Shown here one piece after another: positions 57,339 to 64,000 of a DNA stretch of 64,000 bases (its first letter is position 1; each line of letters opens with the position of its first letter). The position numbers and the translations under genes were made by a program. The notes beneath the pieces were generated by a model that saw only the letters and a list, made by a program, of their open reading frames with translations, made no database searches and was not told where the DNA came from. Source of the DNA: Ylistrum balloti. Lineage: Eukaryota. Location of the stretch: positions 620,001-684,000 of the forward strand of contig NW_026781975.1 in the NCBI RefSeq assembly GCF_031769215.1, read 5' to 3'.

Positions 57339-59518
57339 TATATCCAGCGCAGGCTTCCGTATTCTACGACTCTGTAAAAATGACGCTTTCCAAATCTATT
57401 CCAGAAGATACTGTGGTGCGTCAAAACATAGTTAGAAAATAATGTCATGGCCACTATGCATGTCCATGATTTTAGAGATGAATGTTTTGTTTTCTTGTTT
57501 TTTTTAATAAAGCTAACTTTTGTGACCACTGGAATCGTTTTCTCTCTCATCTAGCATATACAATGTATTTAGGTAAGTTCAATAAACAAACTCAAAGCAA
57601 AGAAATAGAATATTTAAAGAACACGGAAAATGTGACATGACACTCTTGTGTAGTTTGGGTGAGGTCACAAAATTATCTCGATAATGAAAAATGTATCATC
57701 CTAATAGGAAAAATAACAAGAAAATACCAAAATGTCAACATAATCATAGCCAAAGCTGAAAAAACTAGCACACAATATGAACAAAAAGGAAAACTTTACA
57801 CAGACACTCCAGAAAAAATACATGGAGAATGCGACGACACTCGGCAAGTAAATTGTGGTTAAGCCAATTAAGTAATGTCAGGTTCTCAGGTATGAAACAA
57901 CGGAAACAACGAGTATCAAACACGTCCAGCTTCATAACGCACAAAGAAATAGAGTATTATTCAACATAAGCCTGTCGTATAGAACAACATACATAATATC
58001 GACATGTTGTCTGAATCTTAATTCAATGCCAAGTTAATAGAATTAGAACTTAATATGACCTACCCCTTAGAGCAGTCCCTGGTGATGTCGCTGACGCAAT
58101 AAACGTTTATTTTAAAGGTAAACGTAGGTAAGGACCCAGACTTTAGTATTTTCCTTTCTGCTCATTTCTAACGAATAATATATTAATATCAGTAAAGATT
58201 CAAAAGTATTTCGGTCAGGATGAGATCATAACATCTACAATATGTAACACTACAACAGACACAGTCGTTTTTCATGTAGGCAATGCTGTTGTTTTCATAG
58301 AGATGCATTGGTTAAGTCGTAATAGATTTTGTTTTTTTTTCTTTTGAAATGTTCCTCTTGACGTCTTGTGTATAAATGAGATTTAAACAACTACTGTTAG
58401 AATAACTAGAAGCATTTGGCAAATCTTAATCTATAGTAAGCGTTAAATAGCAAAAGTGTTATGGAGCCAAATAGTATAGAAATATCTCATTTGTAGGTGT
58501 GTTTCTAGTACGAGTTAGACCTGTAGCTTTTCAAATGAATGGATTTTAATTTTAATCTAAGGCGCGAAGTCGTAATAGCATTTGTCTGTTTTAATAACAT
58601 GTGTTGCACGGGTAATGTAATCAAATTTTGAAGCAAACATATATCTGGTAACATATAAATGAAAACGTTTTAACACTGGTCAAATTTCCTCTTTTGTATC
58701 CTAAAGTTTCCTATTTATCAAAACTGGGACACATCGTGAGAAACTTTGCTTCATTGTCACGATATCGTGAGCTTTAGTATTTAAAAGGCATACCAATAGA
58801 GCAACCGGTTACACCTATAAAAATCGTCTTATAGTTCCATCCGAATGACCACCGTACTATAAATAGAATATATGTGCTTAGTTTTTGAACCAGATCTCGG
58901 CGCCGGACTATATACATAACAACGCATCGAATCTGCGGACAGGTGTACTGAATGGATTCTTACTGAATGAAACCACTGCAAAATAAGGTATGTATAACGT
59001 TATTATATTTTCATCCGTGTCCTTAATTAGGTATGTCTATGTAATCAATCAATCTGTAAAAACAGATACAATAATAAGAGGATTTTCGATATAGTTAGCA
59101 GGTCCGAGGTTATCATTATTGTCAGTATAATGGTTTCAATAAGAAGAGTCACTAACAGTGACAATGATGTTACCAAAGTTTATCATCCAGTACCTTCCTT
59201 TTCAAATTCTCGTGCATCAGGGAGTTACGGTCCAAAATCTTGGCCTTAAATGTTTGCTCATGAGGGTTTGCGATTACGATCCAGTGCATATATAACATCG
59301 ACAGCAGTGGTTATACAGAGAACACTCATGTTGTTATATTTTGCCTCGGTTGCTAGATTTCCTCGTTCTTAGGAAATTCAGTGTCAATTGACGTTTTAAA
59401 CGTCTAAATATCAGTAACTGTCAGCATTGTATAACAAATGAACCTCGTCGTAGGTGACCAAAGGAATTATTAATTGGTAAGTACATTTTCATTTCTGTTT
59501 CCAGGGTATTGTAGGAAA

Positions 59519-62500
59519 ATGCTTGTCCAAAGAACACTTCTGGTAAATGTACTGTCAATGACAGTTTCGTGCATATATGCCAGCGGTAAGTTGTAAACCA
59601 ATACATTTTTTCTCTGAATATAAATTTGATTTAAAATATCCTTATATTATTAAATCATAAGACAATACATATATGTAATAAATAAAAACAAGCCAACCTG
59701 TCAATCTGTTTGATATAAAATTTATCATTGATATGTATTATTGCAAGTGTATACAAATGTAGGTTGCTGTATACTATATATATATATATATACTGTGCAT
59801 ATTGTATGAGAGATGTGTGAGAGTTATCTCCCTTTATTTGGTTTTCCTTTTTTTCCCTTTCTGTGTTTAGAAATTCACTTTTATTTCAAATTATATAATT
59901 TATATCATTGCTCTAAAACTTGGTTAACTTTGGCTTCGTGGGAAGAATTTATATAGGCTTTGCCTGTTATTCAATCCACATTGACTGTACCATCTTTGTC
60001 AATAAAATTTGTTGAAATAAAAATAAAGTAAGACCTACTATGACTGGCAGAATTCACCTTCCAAAGTGCTCTTCGGACTATTTATATATGTGTAGTTAAA
60101 CTTGTAGATACTAAGTGAATCGAGTCAATAATTGAAGCATCATCACAACACGGAAAATATTTTCTTCTAATGTTAGTGGAACATAACATTTTCCGTATTG
60201 ACATCATTATTCAGTTAGGAACACAAATACCTAAACATTTGGTCAGTTTATGTCGAAGAGGCAGCACTATAAAGTAAACAAGGCAAGTGACTTTTGCAAA
60301 ATGAACGAAACCGCTGAAAGAGTTGTGATATAATATTTGGAAGCACCCTTGTTCACCCCCGCCAACGGAAGGCAAATACTGTTCTACCAGCGTGAAATGT
60401 TATTGGCTCTGTTTTCTGGGATACTAATGGTATTCTGATGTACGGTTATCTGCAAACGGGACAAGCAATCAATGACACATATTATGTATCACTTAACTCA
60501 GACTCAAGTCTGTCATTGCCATGGCTGCCATTAGAATTGTAACTTTGAATTGATTGAGCGCCTGTCATATTCTTCTGTTCTCACTCAATCAGACTTTCAT
60601 CTATTTTCAAAATTAAATATACGCGGTGGAGGACTTTCTGAACAGTAAAAAACAGGACTGTTGAAAAAGTGGCATTGGGGCCCTTAAACATTGCTGGCAA
60701 AAGTGTATAGATACTGAACGGGATATTGTTTAAAAAATAAAGCAATATGTCCACCAAAAGTCAAACCATTAAATATGAGGCTCTCAACTTATGAATCAGC
60801 CCCCGTATCTATGTCACAGTAAGCAGATATAAGGGTTTTGTAATACAAATTAAATCATTATGAATGCAGCAGTTTCGTGAATTCGTCCAATATGATATTT
60901 GAACAAGCGTTTGTCAATAATCCACAACCTTTTAGTCGTTCTCTGGAAAGGGCCAATTAAACCTCATGGAAACCTGATTTCAAATAAAAATTATGAATTG
61001 TTATTACAAAGCGATGTAGTAATATCTTACTAGACACAGAAATTAAACAAGAGACCCAATAGTTCTGCAGCGCTCACCTGGTATATATATACCAATCAAA
61101 TACCATAGCTCTAAGCATTTTAGTTTCATTTAAATGTTTTAACAAGTTTGACCTTAAATATTATTTAATGATATTTGTCGGTCTCTATTTGGGAACATAC
61201 CAGCCAAATATCATGCCTTTAGGTCTTTCAGTTTGACCCCTTTGACCTTGAATATAAGTCAAGGTCATTTCTTTCCGAGAACTTTGTCGGGCTTCATCCA
61301 AAACAGCCAAATATCAAAACATTTGGTCCATTGGATATTGAGAAGAAGTTGTTTTCAGGATGAAGGTGATATCTCACTATGGACGGACGGACGGCCGGAC
61401 GACGGACGACGGACGCCGCGCCATGGCATAAGTTCACTTGGCCCTACGGGGCAGGTGAGCTAAAAAAATGTTTTTAACCAAAATCTTCCATAACCAGGGC
61501 CCCGATACAACATATCAGTGCCTTAGTACAGTAACAAAGTGATGCACTCATGTCTTCGATATTTTCACCAAAATGTTAATATTTTATAAGGCACAATTAT
61601 CTAATTGGAAACAAAAATACATGTCATAAACTTGGCTTTCTCCCCATAAGATCCTTTGAATAAACTCCAAGAAAAGATACAAAATATCAGTATTCTTGTG
61701 TAATTATGTGATGTACAAATGTCAACACTTGCAACAAAAATTGAAAACTAACTCGATACGGATGAAGTTCTATTAATGTTTAATGAAATGTAGAGATTTA
61801 TCGGAATTCTACGAACTCGTGAGTTCATTTGTTATGTCGTTATAGTTTATTAAAAGCGTTTAAACCCCATTTGTCTTATCTTCAGTTCTTGAAACCCATT
61901 GTTTTTCATCTTCAGCTGTATCCAATATAACTGAAATTTATGAATAAAACGTAGAATGTCCTAACAATCATCTAGAGGTCAAGTCATCCTTATGATACCG
62001 ATTTTCACCACAGAGTTATTTTCACAAGCTTTGTAATCAGATTAAAATATTCACGTTTGTTTTACGTAACAGGATTGACGTCAGAGGAACTCGGTTATTT
62101 CCAAACAACTGGTAGATACAATGCTACTGTATCCATCAACGAACAAACGGATCGGTAAGAACCAGGAACGTAAGGAAAGGGTATTTAATTGATAAACACC
62201 GTGCTGATGTTACATACATAACAACGTGACAATGGCATAGAAAAATACCAGAAAACATGTTGTATAACAAACAAAGCAAACATGGTGGTTCTGTTGTTCA
62301 TCTTGGTCTCATTTGAGAATGTAATATCACTTTGATTGACCACCATTTACATGGAGGGTGTCTATGAAGCAGAAATATTTGTAAAGTTTTAGTTTATTAA
62401 TCGTTTAGTTCATATGTCGGCATTTTTCATTACACAGTAGTGTAAATCGCATCCTCTGATCAGCATTTTGTGTTCTGGAAATATTCATACACAAACTTAA

Positions 62501-64000
62501 ATACCGTTCAATACTGAGACTAACAAAGTTGATTGTCGCTATAAATAGTTAAACTATTGTATCTCATCCAGATACATGATAATAGCCTCCGGTGAACCTG
62601 ATCATCAGTGGGAGATGGTAAACCCTAACAGACCTACCCATCAGAACTATAATATCCCAATTCCAAAACATCCTACAATAGAAACTGTTCCTGGTTGTCT
62701 TTCCTTGGGCATGATCGGCATTGCCAGGACTGGGGTGGCTCTCTACAACCCGCTTGATAGTCAAAACCAAAATGCTGTGGAAGGACCTGGTGCCGAGATA
62801 TTAGATAGTTGCGATGGTCACGCAAGTCCGAATGGCGCTTACCACTACCACAAGCTTCCTTTTAACTGTCTTTACGAGGGTCAAATAGATGAATTCATGG
62901 GGGTCGCGGCAGATGGGTATGCTATATACGGGCCTAAGGTACAGGAAAACGGCATTGTAAAGAATCTAACATCGGCCGACCTGGATAAATGCCACGGCAG
63001 GATCGGGTCTGACGGAAGATATCGGTATCATATGACCTTTACCTTCCCCTACATCCTAGGCTGTTTCCGAGGCGCAGTACTATATGACATGACCCGCACT
63101 CAAGCTGTCTGTTCATCTGATACCTCGGGTAAATATCATTTCCCAACATTTTCGTCACTGCTATTGATAATGACTTTACACCACCCTCTTTGGTAACCTA
63201 GGTGCACTAAAGGTCAAGAAACAATGATAAGCTTTGCACGGTTTTCACAAATTGGACAGCAAAACTTATTATCCTTGCATCATATTGATTGATTGATTAA
63301 AAATTACGTCATAAACATATCATTGATTGGTAGTATAGGCATTGAAATATTTTCAATATAAAACATAAATGACATTATTCTTCATTTATGCTCTTCTGCC
63401 CCCATACTCTGCGGTATACATCAACAAATAATGTTTTTCGAGTTGATTTTTCTCTGTTTAATGAATTATATGAATGAATCTATAATACATGACAGCAAGA
63501 TTGTGTTTACTGATATTATTTTTTGATTTATTGGTATTACATCTTTAATGCACAACGAAACGTGTTTCTGGTAACACAAAAGAAAAATAGCTATAGCCTC
63601 ATATTACTGCATTAATAGAAAGCCGTCCTTGTATTTCACATTTATATCGTGTTTCCAGTATGGGATGGAGTTTACGGTCACTACTTGTGTAACTGTTCGA
63701 CAACAACCACGGGAAACACCAATGGTGACTGTCATCCTTCTAACCCAGACAAGCCTGCAAGTTGTTGTAATAGGCCAAGGCCACCCCCATATTGCAGCCA
63801 AACAACCGTGAGTCCAGCCACTACAACTGCAAGACCAGCCACTACAACAGCCAAACCACAAACTACAACTGCAAGACCAGCCACTACAACTGCCAAACCA
63901 CAAACTACAACTGCAAGACCAGCCACTACAACTGCCAAACCACAAACTACAACTGCAAGACCAGCCACTGCAACTGCCAAACCACAAACTACAACTGCAA
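59519..64000 (+). CDS. Secreted YHYH-domain protein with Cys-rich module and Thr-rich mucin-like repeat (3'-partial)
   Basis: Phase-consistent exons: 59519-59585 (MLVQRTLLVNVLSMTVSCIYAS, signal-like), 62073-62154, 62572-63128 (IGIARTGVALYNP...DSCDGH...GAYHYHKLP...ADGYAIYGP...DLDKCHG...YRYHMTFTFPYILGCFRG), and 63659 to the window end (WDGVYGHYLCNC...DCHP...SCCNRPRPPPYC, then PATTTAK/PQTTTAR repeats). Confidence 0.88.
60232..60805 (+). mobile_element. Internally deleted mariner of the same family as 55266-56365
   Basis: Shares taaagtaaacaaggcaagtga, caatcaatgacacatattatg and cagtatctatacacttttg (on the opposite strand). Ends in cttatgaatcagcccccg-ta. Confidence 0.85.
61045..61468 (+). mobile_element. 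HINE/DTC84-like non-autonomous element typical of bivalves
   Basis: 5' aaacaagag end, subterminal inverted repeats gctcacctg (61072-61080) and caggtgagc (61452-61460), tttgaccttg core, ggac microsatellite, terminal hairpin and A-tract. Confidence 0.8.
63814..64000 (+). repeat. 21-bp (42-bp higher-order) coding repeat, PATTTAK/PQTTTAR
   Basis: In frame with the YHYH gene exon that starts at 63659. Confidence 0.85.

Noticed and set aside
58920-58987. Candidate 5' UTR exon of the YHYH gene (aag|GTATGT, downstream of a TATA-like motif)
   Set aside because: Plausible, but it carries out-of-frame upstream ATGs and there is no transcript evidence.
63604-63987. Minus-strand ORFs (WFGSCSGWSCSCSL..., VVVAGLAVVVCGL...)
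   Set aside because: Antisense shadows of the Thr-rich coding repeat of the YHYH gene.

Overview
This is AT-rich, intron-rich eukaryotic DNA, most likely from a bivalve mollusc (inferred from gene content and repeat families). I reconstructed five spliced protein-coding genes by hand, using GT-AG sites and phase-consistent exons. (1) A secreted GH9 cellulase on the minus strand (6608-11541, 12 coding exons, 819 aa) has two tandem CBM-like modules and two Ser/Thr linkers. (2) A DEK-C + SWIB protein of the UAF30/spp27 type is on the plus strand (18939-31492, 10 exons, 252 aa). (3, 4) Two secreted ferritin-family genes lie head-to-head, and the supplied ORF track shows them only as fragments. 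The minus-strand gene (39974-47089, 225 aa) keeps only 2 of 7 ferroxidase-centre residues. The plus-strand gene (50525-57338, 228 aa) keeps all 7 and carries a yolk-ferritin-type Cys-rich insertion on two dedicated exons. (5) A secreted YHYH-domain protein with a Cys-rich module and a Thr-rich stalk starts at 59519 and runs off the window end. Introns and spacers hold Tc1 and mariner relics, HINE/MITE-like elements and many minisatellites. The best candidate for an undescribed system is the divergent catalytic plus non-catalytic secreted ferritin pair, which resembles the insect HCH/LCH arrangement, with the YHYH gene next to it. A second notable feature is a roughly 40-copy minisatellite derived from a real splice acceptor. 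All calls come from manual reading; no database searches were run.
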